This document shows positions 1 through 11,511 of a stretch of DNA of 64,000 nucleotides, in pieces. Positions within the stretch are counted from its first letter, which is position 1; each line of letters begins with the position of its first letter. Location: the NCBI GenBank assembly GCA_964016885.1, contig OZ024744.1:26784001-26848000 (forward strand), in the 5' to 3' direction. The DNA is from Eledone cirrhosa. Lineage: Eukaryota. A program made the position numbers and the translations under genes. The notes below the pieces were generated by a model that was given only the letters and a program-made list of their open reading frames with translations, was not told where the DNA came from and searched no databases.

Positions 1-580
1 ACAACAAAACAACTGGTCATTTGACACAGCGGCTCAACACGGCCCGTAGCGCCTCATTTTTTGTTCTTGCATGCAACCTTCTGCTCAATTATTTTTTTCA
101 CTGATGTGCTCTTTCAGCATTTGTTCTTGCTTATTTAATATGTGAGTCCTTGGTTTCTTCGTTATCGATTTTCGCCTGAAAATCTAGTTGGAGGTGATGT
201 AGTGACCTACATTCCGCGGGCTCACATACATTCTCTGTGCGTGATTTGGCTCAGTTCAGCCAATCAGCGCCAGTAGAAGAGGATGTATCCCTACGCGCCC
301 TGAGGAAGAAATTCACCGCGAAGATTTGAAGAATCTCGCTCTTGTACCGGAAACTTCAAGCCAGCAACACGCATAATGTAACAGTGAGATATTGCACCCC
401 TAGCCTCACCGGCTTAACGGCGCAATGGCACATTCCCTTTTGTAACCTCTTTTTATCTGTAACTTCAACCATATAAATAAACAAACATTTCATCTCTAAT
501 TACTGCGGTTGAAGTCGTTGTTATGTTACTCGTGTCTCAATGACATCTTTAATCCATGCTGCTGGAATTGGCGACCTGAC
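1..580 (+). mobile_element. Possible LTR retrotransposon LTR remnant ending in a primer-binding site
   Basis: AATAAA at 476-481 followed ~90 nt later by TGGCGACC (569-576), complementary to a tRNA 3' end ...GGUCGCCA (Arg-type PBS used by some Gypsy elements). No gag/pol or second LTR is visible and the left boundary is unknown. Confidence 0.3.
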
Positions 581-724
581 GAAAGGAATATTGTGAATAG
601 ATGGAAAATAGATCGAGGGACCTTCCCTCACGTCTATGTCAACAAGATAATCCAACGAGGATACTATCACTTACCACACTGGCAACTAACGACCACTGAT
701 TCTACCACCCTGCTAAAGTGGCGA

Positions 725-2502
725 TAACATCTATAACTAATACTGCTAAAAAGACATGGAAAACGACACTCCTTTTGAATAGTGAAACGAAATCACTGGA
801 AGCTGGAGAAGTTAATATTAATTGTGGAATTTTTCAGGGTGACTCTTTATCACCGCTTTTATTCTGCATCGCACTTATACCATTAAGTAAAATGCTCAAT
901 GAAACAAAACATGGATATAAAGTCTATGACAAAACCATTAATCACCTGTTCTACATGGATGACCTGAAACTATTTGTAAAAAATGATGAACAATTGCAAG
1001 GGCTATTATCCACTGTCGAGCAGTTCAGTGATGACATTAAAATGGAGTTTGAACTGGATAAATGCGCCAAAGTAACGTTCACGAGAGGAAAGCTAATGAA
1101 AAGTTCAGACATTAATCTTGAACGGGTGAATGTGATAAGAGAACTTGATCAAGAGGAAACTTACAAATATCTAGGTGTTTGTGAAGCAGATGGAATCAAG
1201 CACTCGACAATGAGGGAAAGGATAAGGAAGTAATGTTACCGCAGAGTAAGAGCAATCTTAAGAACGGAATTGAATGCAAGGAATAGGATCGATGCCATAA
1301 ACACGCTTGCCATACCAGTAGTAACGTACAGTTACAATGTCATCAACTGGTCAAGCACAGAGATCCGTAGGCTCGATACAAAAATTAGAACATTCTTAAC
1401 CATGCACAGAATGCATCACCCTAAGGCATATATAGATAGAATATATCTCCCTAGGAAAGAAGGAGGACGTGGGTTAATCCAGTTAGACATTGCGTTGAAA
1501 ACTCCAACAATTGGATTATCTACATATCTAAGGGAATCACATGATTGGATGATCAAGCTCGTTTTGAAACACGAAAGCATCAAAAGATCATAATCTATTA
1601 CAAAAGATGCACAAAGATACAGTAATGGACTACACATTTCAGAAGTCCCATTTACTGCTGAAATGGAAAACACAGAAAAAGCAAAGTAGGTAAAAGTAAC
1701 TGCAAAGAAAGAACTGCTACAGAAACTGGCTAAGAAATGGCAAGAAAAGCCTCTGTATGGAAAATACCCAGAACGAGCTAACAATCCTGATGTTGACAAC
1801 ACTTTAACCCATCAGTGGTTGGCATCCTCTGGACTGAAATCGGAGACTGAAGGACTGATTATATCAGCACAAGATCAGTGTCTGCCAACAAAAAATTACC
1901 AAGTCAACATAATAAAGAATGGATGCAGCCCATTATGCCGTGCATGTAAAAAACAACCAGAGACCATTGACCATATAATTTCAATGTGCAGTCCTATAGC
2001 TCCAACCGAATACCTAAACAGGCATGACAGAGCTGCACAATACATACATTGGATAATGTGTAAGCATTTTGACCTGCCCCATCAACAGAATTGGTGGGAG
2101 CATCAACCACCTCCCATACTTGAAAAAGATTACATCTCAATCTTGTGGAACTTTAGCATCCAAACAGACCGAAAAATAGATGCAAATAGACCTGATATAA
2201 TATTGAAGGACTTTCAAAAGAGGGTATGCCTGCTAATTGATATGTCTGTTCCAATAGACAAGAAAGTATCTATAAAAACATTTGAAAAATTGAGCAAGTA
2301 TAAGGAACTGGAGATAGAAATTGGAAAAATGTGGAAATTGAGAACTAAAACAATACCAGTGGTTGTAGGCGCTCTAGGAATGATACCTAAGGGGTCTAAT
2401 GATTACTTATCGCAAATCCCAGGAAACCTGCGTAAAGGAGAAATACAAAAGATAGTAGTAATGGGAACTGCCCATATACTAAGGAAGATTCTGTCAATAT
2501 AA
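725..2502 (+). pseudogene. Disrupted RT-RLE ORF of R4/Dong copy 1
   Basis: ORFs 718-1233, 1270-1593 and 1819-2502 are one frame broken by in-frame stops (TAA 1231, TAA 1591, TAG 1687). Confidence 0.88.
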
Positions 2503-2668
2503 GTACATCACAAGTCTAAACACCTAAAGATGCATGTGTGAGTATGTATGTTCTTTCTTGAACATGGCGGACCTTGTTGTCTCTTGAGGTCACTGGTTGT
2601 GACTTGGTGATAACTCGTATGAACATAAAGCAAGATAAATGCAGTTGTAATAATAATAATAATAATAA
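725..2668 (+). mobile_element. 5'-truncated R4/Dong-clade non-LTR retrotransposon (RT + RLE endonuclease), copy 1
   Basis: RT motifs GIFQGDSLSPLLF and HLFYMDDLKLF; CCHC knuckle CRAC..ETIDHIISMC; RHD; RLE motif RPD..D...K; 3' UTR ending in (TAA)n at 2648-2668. Confidence 0.92.
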
Positions 2669-2904
2669 GGGAAGAAATAATAAGAACTTATTTATTAACC
2701 ACAAGGGTTTACATAAAGTAGACATTAAGAAATAATAATGATTTCTTTATTGGCCACAAGGGCTGACATCAAGAAAAACATTACAGACGGCACAGGACGG
2801 TACAGGACGGTACGATGTGGGTTTTGTGCGTGTAAATATTTTTATTATTTACATAAGAAAAGAAAAAAATGTACATAGATACATATATATAAACAATAAA
2901 AATA

Positions 2905-5023
2905 AAAATTGAGAGCGGTGCCGAGCATCTGGACGTGTCTGGTGCTCGACACCACCACGGTGACGTCGTCAGCGAGCCGACTCGGATTTCCCGCATCCGA
3001 GTTCGCGTGGACGCCCCTCATCGCCCCCAAATTGTGCAGTAACGGCTCGAGAGCCAATACGTACAAGAGGGACGAGAGGGGAAAACCCTGGCGGACAGAG
3101 CGCCTGATGCTGAACGGCTGCGACAGGTGAACGTTCACCCTCACAACTGAGCAGATGTCGCTGTTCATTGCTGTGATCCAACCCCTGAAAACGGGCCCGA
3201 AACCGGCTGCCACGAGGACCGCCGCCAGGTACTGATGGTCGAGCCTATCGAATGCTTTGGATTGATCCAAATTGATCAGGGCCCCACCCGTGCCAGGTTC
3301 TTTAACCACTCTGTCTATGATGTATCGCATGAGGTGGAGGTTGTCGTGTATGGATCTGTCCGGAATGGCGCATATCTGCGCCTCTCCCACCAGACCCTTG
3401 ACGACAAGTGCCAACCTCGTTGCTAACAACTTGGCCAAAATCTTGAACTCTGCGTTTAGCAGGGTTATGGGCTTGAAATTATCGATAACATCCCCCTTGT
3501 TTGGGTCTTTTCTCAGCAGCACCACTGCTCCCCGGCTCACAAAACTGTGAATGCTCCCGTTCTTCTGTCAGTTGCAGTAGACGTCTGCCAAGAGGTCACC
3601 GAACAAGTCTGGCATAAATGCATAAAGCTCGTAGGGCAGACCATCCAAACCTGGCGATTTACCCCTTGAGCAATTAGCCATCATTCCCGTATTTCACCGG
3701 ATGTTATTGGCTTTTCGCAACACTGTGCTGCGGTCGTCGAGAGCCGAGGGAGTCCGTCGAGCTATGCTCTGAAGTCCATACCCCGATTCGGGCCGCCACC
3801 GCTCCCGAACAGTTCAGCAAAGTGCTGCTGAAAAGCTTCCCACATCCGCTCGGGTTCGAGCATCACGCACCCGTTTTGGTCAGACAAAGATCGAATTGTG
3901 GCTTTGTTGCCACGTCGCGCCTCTGCCACCCGGGCCCATTGGACGGCTTTCGTCCCCTCGTGTTTCAGAGCACGTACTCTAGCTCTGACAACGCAGCCTT
4001 CGTGTTTTGCGTTGAAGAATTGGGCGAGTGCCAATCTCGCCGCAAACACGCCGGTTGCGATGCCTGTCGTAAACGCCACTTCTAGCTTTCTGACTAGCTC
4101 TTCCTCTACTCTATTTTCCTCTATCACTACTCCTTTGCTAAACCTAATCGACTCTACTTTAATTGCCCTTTTCAGGGCAAACCACCACCTGTTGTTGACG
4201 TCCGCTCCCATCAACGCCCGCTTAACTAATATGCTAATCCGGTCTCTGCAGGCTTTGCGTGCCGGGAAAGACGCGTTCAGCTTCCAATAACCAGGTCCTT
4301 GTCTATGAAGTCTGTCTATGTCGATCTCACAGATCACAAATTTGTGGTCTGTGTAGTCGACTATTTTAAATTGTGGACAACTTATACTAGCATTATCTAG
4401 TTCTCTGCAGAATACCCTATCCAGATACGATCTGGATGACCCGATGCGGTTTGTCCATGTCCACATTGGCACATTCGGGTGATCCAATCAATACCTGTCA
4501 GACAGTTCAAAACGTCTGAGCAGGTTGTTGAGGCTCTTGCACCCTCCTTCCCTATCCACTAGCCCCACACAATCCCAGCGTGCATCCAAGATACCGTTCC
4601 AGTCGCCCACTAACACTAAAGAGCGGAACGTTCCAAGAAGGGTCTCTAGACGTCTGAAGAAATCTGGCCGTCCTGCCCCTGATGGGGCGTAGGCGGCTAC
4701 TAGCCTGAAAGAATTGCCTTCTCTGCCGGTCACGTCCAGCACCACCGACTTACCTGCTGGGTCTAGGAATATGGCCCGTATGGCGAGATCCATGCCTCTC
4801 CGAAAAAGGACGGCAACCCCTCTACCCGATCCTGGACGGATGGGAGATGCGTATACATCGTAGCCGCCGAAGATCGGTGCGAAGGTTTGTGCTTCGGAGA
4901 TTCTGGTTTCACTGAAGGGCAGCACATCTATGTTTAGTGACCTGATGTCATTGAGCAGGTGACCCTGCTTCAAGATGACCCCAGGCCACGTGCATTTATA
5001 CTGCCTATTCTGAGTACGGCCAT
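2905..5023 (-). pseudogene. Tx1-type ORF2 (apurinic endonuclease + reverse transcriptase), frameshifted with stops
   Basis: Fragments 4488-4973, 3762-4487 and 2845-3540 are collinear parts of APE, linker and RT. Confidence 0.88.
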
Positions 5024-5059
5024 GTTGGATGAGAAACGGGGCAAGTGAGAAAGGGTCAT

Positions 5060-6325
5060 TTACCTTGATCGTGTGGTGAAGGGACAGTAGAACCGTCCCT
5101 TTGGCTGGTCATGGGTGTTTCCAAGAGGATGTAGTGTATATCCTCTTGGTAACCCACCCTGTGAAGTCTCCAACTTGGGGTGTTTTTGTTTTAAAGGTTT
5201 GTACTGTTCTATTGAGATTTCAATGTTGCTTATGTTTGTCGGGAGAGTTCTTGGTGTTGGTGGGGTGTAGTAGTTTTTTTCCTGTAATGTCTGTGTGCTG
5301 CTTTATATATTGTATGAGTTATTTTTTTACCATGTTTATGGCTGTGTACTTTTTGGGGGGAGGGGTGATTTTGTTGCTGTTTTCTTCTTGTTGCTGTTTG
5401 GTGTGTGTGTCTTGTTGTGTTTGCGTTGTTGGTGTTTGTGGTGGTGATGGTGGTGGTGTTGCTGCAAGTTTCCTTGCTGCCTTTACCCCTCTTTGTATGC
5501 CTTCGCTTTTGGAGGGTGAATCTAAGGTTTTTTTCTTTTTTCTTTTTTGTGGCAGACCGTTTGCCACTTCACTCCCGCCTCAAACTCCATGTCGGATTAT
5601 GTGGCGTCTGGGAGGGGTACGTGCTCCATGGCTGTTGGTGGTCGTAGTGGAGCCATCTTCGGCAATTTTGTTGCTGGTGTAGCTACTTCAAATGTAGCTA
5701 TTGGTGTTACCGCCACTGATGATGCTGCTTTAGTTGTCCGTGGCCTTGGTACGGGGGCCACGGACGTTGCCCTCCTACTCACCATGGAAGGGTCTTCTGC
5801 GTTTGTTTCCTGCCCTGCTCTTGGTAGCAGCGGACCAGGTATTGGAAGGAGAGGGGCCTTCTTCTTTGCTGTCTTCTGCGGGCAAAAGTTCCTGAGGTGA
5901 CCCTTCGACCCATAGAGATAACATTTTGGCCGTCTTCCTTCTACGCTTATACGGAGTTGGAGTCCTTCCTCGATGTCTATGATATCGGGGATAGCGCCGA
6001 TACATTCCTGATCAGTTTGTATAAGCATTTGCATGCCTATACCTGACCAGTTCTCTCTCCCTATTTTCTCTACTTGCTGCATGGTCGTTCTGTCCTCGAT
6101 TCCAGCAAGGACAGACACGTCCAGCCAAGGTATGGGCACGTCAGGTGGTACCTGGGTCACATTGACCCTCACAATTTTCTGCCCGCAGTAGGAGGGCACC
6201 AAGATTATCTCCTCACTCTTTAGGGTTACCAAAGTGTGAGATTTTGCTTCCTGGTGGAAAAATACGTCTACTGTGGCGTACTTTCTGCCTCGGGTGATGT
6301 GGGTTTTGCATGCCCAGACGCACGC
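5060..6325 (-). pseudogene. Tx1-type ORF1 (gag-like, CCHC knuckle, low-complexity C-terminus), 5'-truncated
   Basis: ORF 5597-6367 contains ISVEGRRPKCYLYGSKGHLRNFCP, followed by Pro/Thr/Lys-rich sequence (5319-5567) directly upstream of ORF2. Confidence 0.7.
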
Positions 6326-7892
6326 CAATGCAGGATACAAGTTGGGAAAGGGAGAGCTTACCATCAATCACCTCCTCTTCATGGACGATCTTAAGCTCTT
6401 CGGAAAGAGTGAGAAGGAGTTGGATGTGCTTGTTGACACTGTCCGTATTTTCAGTAATGATATATGTATGCAATTTGGTATTAGTAAGTGTGGAGTCCGT
6501 GTGATGAAGAGGGCTAAATTGAGCAGAAGCAACGGAATTCAAGTACCAACAGGTGAGATGATAAAGGAAATTGACACTGAAGAAGGATACAAGTATTTGT
6601 GTATTCTGGAGGCTGATGACATCAAGAACCAAAAATGAAGGAATTGATAAGATCTGAATACATTCGGAGATTAAGGAGCGTATTAAATTCACATCTGAAC
6701 AGTAGGAATGCCATAAGTGCAGTAAATTCCCGAGCTGTGTCTATTATTAGGTAGAGTGCGGGAATTCTGAGATGGAATGTTGCTGAACAAAAAGAAATGG
6801 ATAGGAAGACTAGGAAGCTATTGACTATCTACAATATGTTCCACAAGAGGAGTGATGTTGATAGACTCTACTTAAGGAGATCTGAAGGTGGAAGAGGTCT
6901 TATCAGCATAGAGGACTGTGTTCAGATGGAGAAAAACAACCTACACAAATACGTGACCGATAGTAAGGAGTCAATGCTCAAAATTGTACTGAAGGAAAGG
7001 ACAATAGACCAGGGGATGTCCAAGGAGGAAATAACAACAAGGAGAAAGACCAATCTTCATGAAAAATCCCTTCATAGTACCTTCTTTGAGAAAACGGAAT
7101 TCAGAGATCCACAGACATGGAACTGGTTGAGAAGAGGAGACTTTAAAAAGGCTACAGAAGGAATGATAATGGCTGCACAAGAGCAAGCCCTCAAAACGAA
7201 GTGGCTGAAACACCATATTTACAAGGAGGAGGCTAGCCCACTGTGCAGGATCTGTGGAGAGAGAGAGGAGACTGTGGCTCACATTGTATCCGAGTGTAAA
7301 CATCTAGCCCAGACTCACTATAAAGGCTGGAGACATGACGTGATGGGCAGGGTGATCCATTGGCACCTATGCAAAGTAAAGAATTTACCACATTCTGAGA
7401 AGTGGTATGAGCATAAGCCAGAGTCGGTGATAGAAAACAATCAGGTGAAGATGCTGTGGGAGTTTAGGATACAGACGGACAAGAAACTGGAACACAATAG
7501 ACCTTACCTGGTGGTTTTGGACAAGGAAAAAAGATCGTGCCTGATTGTGGATGTGGCTGCCCATTCGACACGAGAGTGCAAGAGATGGAGAGGGAGAAAA
7601 TTAACTGATACCATGACTTAAAGTAGGAGGTAAAAAGGATTTGGAACTGCCATGAAGTCAAAGTGATCCCGATTGTCATAGACGCACTAGGTACTATCTC
7701 AAAAAGTTTCCAGGGATGGTTAAAGAAAATTGGCCCCGCCCCGCTTTTTGGAACACTTCAAAAGGCACGCTTGCTGGGAACAGCAAGAACCCTCCGATAC
7801 GTCCTGAATATCTGAGGCTGCAGGTAGTGGCTTGATATTCATTTCAACAAACTTTCCAGTTAACTAACATCAATGACAGAGACTCAAAGAAC

Positions 7893-7933
<41 letters not shown>

Positions 7934-7950
7934 TAATAATAATAATAATA
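6326..7950 (+). mobile_element. 5'-truncated R4/Dong-clade retrotransposon, copy 2 (divergent family)
   Basis: INHLLFMDDLKLF, YKYL, GGRGL, CRICGEREETVAHIVSEC, RHD, RP...D motifs; frameshifts and stops; (TAA)n tail 7893-7950. Confidence 0.92.
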
Positions 7951-8294
7951 TATGTAGTAATAAACACAGTAAATTGTATGTCTAAAATTACGAGGGTTGA
8001 AATACCACGTTGGTTTGACAAATTTAACCTGAAGCAAACGGAATTCTAATTTAATTTAATTCTAATCTCTCGCTGATGATGCCGACAGATTATCTGTTGG
8101 AAACACAATTCTCAGGGCGAAACAGATTAAATCTGTAATCTGTCCGGGAGATGAAATAATTATTGTAACGGTCTGTATATTAATTCTGTATTTTCCGTTT
8201 ACTTCAGGTTATATTTGTCAAACCAACTTGGTATTTCAACCCTCGTAATTTAAGACACAAAATTGACTGTGTTTATTACTACATATATTATTAT
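7942..8294. mobile_element. Small foldback element (~100-bp inverted arms) enclosing a hammerhead ribozyme
   Basis: Arm 7942-8043 is the imperfect reverse complement of 8193-8294; the spacer contains the hammerhead at 8065-8152. Confidence 0.75.
8065..8152 (+). ncRNA. Type I hammerhead ribozyme, extended stem II, stable stem III
   Basis: Stem I ATCTCTCG/CGGGAGAT; CTGATGA 8073-8079; stem II GCC..GGC with an internal hairpin; GAAA 8119-8122; stem III CAGATTA/TAATCTG; GUC cleavage triplet ending at 8144. Confidence 0.85.
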
Positions 8295-8578
8295 GTAATG
8301 TTCAGTATTTATATTTTGAGCTTATTAATTACAGGGTATTATTATTAACTGGGCTTTTTATATATATATATATTAATAATCTCAAAGTATATATATCATT
8401 ATATATCAGTGGATATGTGGATATATATATATATATATATATATTTAATATTTAAATATTTAGCTCTGTTACTTACAGAGAGCACTCGTCATTTCTTTTA
8501 CTTTTTCCACGGAACTTTAACACTTATACATATATACACATATATATGTATATTATCGGTATATATATATGTGTATGT

Positions 8579-8657
<79 letters not shown>

Positions 8658-8661
<4 letters not shown>

Positions 8662-8860
8662 TTGAAATAAAATGAAAACGAAATTTCATTTCTCACTCTT
8701 AGTACAGCACTCTTAGTACGGCACTTACAAAAAGGTGACGTGGTTGCCTTAACACCGTACGGCATACAATTCAGTCTGTTCAGTTTGTTTACAAACGAAC
8801 AAAGCGGCGTTATAATAAGCGTCCGCTAAACTGATACGTGCATATATGTATGTGTACCTG

Positions 8861-8946
<86 letters not shown>

Positions 8947-9376
8947 TGCTACTGTACGTCTGTATACATATATGTATGTACGTATACACACATACTTACA
9001 TTTAAGTAAGTGCCGTACTAAGAGTGAGAAATGAAATTTCGTTTTCATTTTATTTCAACTTATCGTTTTCGGTATGCCTGACCGACTTAACTCACTCGAT
9101 ATGCAAATTAGGCTGCTCAGCCGTTAATTTTCATAAGGAAAGTATATACTTTCGAACGTTCAACTATCTGGCAGAAGGCTATACGGTGCTGATGATAGCT
9201 AACAAGCTTGAAACTAGTACATCGTTCCTGTGTCAGTGTTGAACAAAAAGGTGACGTGGTTGCCTTAACACCGTACGGCATAAAATTCAGGCTGTTCAGT
9301 TTGTTTACAAACGAACAAAGCGGCGTTATAATAAGCGTCCGCTAAACTGATACGTGCATATATATATGTGTACCTG

Positions 9377-9464
<88 letters not shown>

Positions 9465-9520
9465 TGCTACTGTACGTCTGTATACATATATGTATGTACG
9501 TATACACACATACTTACATT
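8658..9520 (+). mobile_element. Non-coding retrozyme/PLE-like element: inverted segment plus ~516-bp unit plus partial direct repeat, inserted in (TA)n
   Basis: 8658-8727 is an inverted copy of ~9006-9062; 8727-9003 is repeated at 9243-9520; hammerhead at 9182-9275; (TA)n on both flanks. Confidence 0.75.
9182..9275 (+). ncRNA. Minimal PLE-type hammerhead ribozyme with palindromic stem III
   Basis: TACGGTG (9182-9188) pairs with CACCGTA (9269-9275); CTGATGA 9189-9195; stem II AGCT-aaca-AGCT; GAAA 9210-9213; CTAG; UA cleavage at 9218-9219. Confidence 0.8.
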
Positions 9521-9523
9521 TAT

Positions 9524-9560
<37 letters not shown>

Positions 9561-9799
9561 TCGTTTCTGAATTTGTTTAGCAAGATTCTTTATCTGAAAA
9601 CGTGTGTTGAAACCGATATTGTTATATTTTGGGAGGGTCATGTTGCCAATAAAAAACACACGCACCAGTTGCATTCGCTTCAATTTATTATAATAAATTT
9701 ATAAATTTAGGAATTTATGAATTTCCGGTTGGTTGGTTGGTTCCACAACTTTAGCTTTTAACAAACGCACACAATTGCCGTCGCAGGTCGATGAACAAA

Positions 9800-10215
9800 C
9801 AGAAGCACAAGTTAGTATAGCTAGATCTAAACTTAGAAATATTATAGAATAGTCTAGCAAGAAGCATAATAGAATGGAGGCCCAGCAACTGGGAGAAAAA
9901 TCTGCAAATGGCTTGCGTAAGCTCATGCAGCGCTCACGTAATGGAGAGATAGCATGCTTTCCAACAGACAAGTCTGGCAGAATGTCGGTTGACAGTCTGC
10001 CAAACTACATCCAGGCGATGCAACCCCACATCACTAACACAAGAGAAGTAACACCACAAGAGCATGAGGATAGAGAAAAAGCCCTCAATACTCATATGGT
10101 GATGTGGACAAATATAATGCAGCCCAACAAAAGGATTGCCAACAACTTCCAGGCCTGGAACAATGACCTGCCAGCGTTGTATGGGCTTTGAAAAGACCAT
10201 AAAACGCAGTGACCC
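9800..10215 (+). pseudogene. Penelope-like element RT N-terminal fragment
   Basis: IACFPTDKSGRMSV (DKG motif) and LPALYGL*KDHK, matching the P..YGLPK.HK motif that opens PLE RT. Confidence 0.65.
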
Positions 10216-10217
10216 TC

Positions 10218-10646
10218 TCACGGGACCAGCATCACGGCCAGTCTGATCAGTGTGTGGTATCTGTCAGGGTTGACGAAATAGAGGTTTCCAGTTTTGTCCG
10301 AGTGCACCATGATGTCGTTGGTGTTTTCATACTCTGTTATTTTGCTACGGAGTTGTTGTAGGAATCTGTTGTGTCTGGGTTTGAATTTAATGCTCTTGAC
10401 CGGATGGAAAAGGTCGTTCTCGAAGGGTGAGAGCATAGGGTTCGGAGTAGGAGATTTGTAGGTGTTGAATCCGAATCTCCCCTTGGTGTCGAAGTCCTGA
10501 TTGTCGCGGTATCTATCGTAGAAAAAAGTTCTCCATCTCAGTCTTTTCGCAAAAAGGTCGATTTTTTGCGTGAGCATCCGAAGGTAAAGTTTTCTCGGTG
10601 GAACTGGGATGTTCTTGGTGGAGAAGTCGATGTTGTGTTTTCGCAT
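10218..10646 (-). pseudogene. Penelope-like element ORF N-terminus (Naiad-like), 3'-truncated
   Basis: FSTKNIPVP, KRLRWRTFF, GF..YKSP, FENDL, IKF and VHSDKTGNLY: the N-terminal pattern of a PLE ORF up to the DKG-like motif. Clade assignment is inference. Confidence 0.75.
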
Positions 10647-11203
10647 CGTGCGGGTGAAGAAACTTGAGCTGGGTGGAAAAGTCGGGATATGGCGTGGTAG
10701 AGTCGGAAAGTGCTCTACTACAGAGATAGGAGCTAAATAACAAAGGGATTATGGTAAGGAACCAGATGGACCATAACGCACCAGAGTACTCAATACTTAG
10801 GGTAGTAGAGTGGGAAATAGGAAAATGTATGACCTCGACGGCAGAGCTCAAGCCGTTGCTACGGCTATTTCTGGAGTAAATTAGAATTTTTAGCCTGGTG
10901 AATAAATAGCCGAACTTGTCAAGGAGGTACTGCCTTATATGGGAAGATTGGTTAACATTTGTTGTAAACACAAATAAGTCTATCATGGTATTTGGTGGGA
11001 GGTAGGTTAAGAATACAGGGTAGTCCCTTACAATTAAATAGCTCTAAGAAAAAAGCTTTTCCGAGCCGTACAATAAAATTGACTAAACAAGAGAGATGAA
11101 CACTAATATAAACATACATGTGTTCGAACCGTAAGGACCAAAATATGCTAGGGAGAAAAAATACTAACTACAGCAATATAGTTTGTTATCCTTAACTTTA
11201 AGT

Positions 11204-11306
11204 ATTAAATTAAGAAAAATAACAGACCTATATTGGGCAAATACCTGGTTACAAGGCATTTTTGCCCAATATAGGTCAGTTATTTTTCTTAATTTTTCTT
11301 AATTTA
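11204..11306. repeat. Short palindrome (~37-bp arms)
   Basis: AAATTAAGAAAAATAACAGACCTATATTGGGCAAA ... TTTGCCCAATATAGGTCAGTTATTTTTCTTAATTT, abutting (TA)n. Confidence 0.8.
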
Positions 11307-11462
11307 ATATATATATATATGAAGAGGCGGATTTTCAGGTCTTTACGAAGGTCCGATTTCATGCTGTGGCACGCCGCCCAAGCTTTGCTCTTCCTCTCAA
11401 CCACATCATCTTCCGTATTCCCAATCTTTGCTCCCGAATACAACCCATATATATCAGTATAT

Positions 11463-11509
<47 letters not shown>

Positions 11510-11511
<2 letters not shown>

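Larger units (their letters stand above)
2740..6325 (-). mobile_element. Tx1/L1-clade LINE (ORF1 + APE-RT ORF2), decayed, internally deleted after the RT YADD motif
   Basis: ORF1 has a degenerate zinc knuckle (CYLYGSKGHLRNFC). ORF2 starts MAVLRIGSINARGL (ATG at 5023) and carries APE motifs (SET, YAP, GDWN, YLDR, TDH), GPGYWKLN, KPITLLNAEFKILAK, LDQSKAFD, VRQG.PLS and LADD. 3' end has ATAAAG near 2742-2750. Confidence 0.9.

Noticed and set aside
295-365. CTGAGGA...GAAAC possible hammerhead
   Set aside because: No UH cleavage site after stem III and no stem I partner.
572-620. CTGACGA...GAAA possible hammerhead
   Set aside because: Stems I-III do not pair; better explained as a PBS region.
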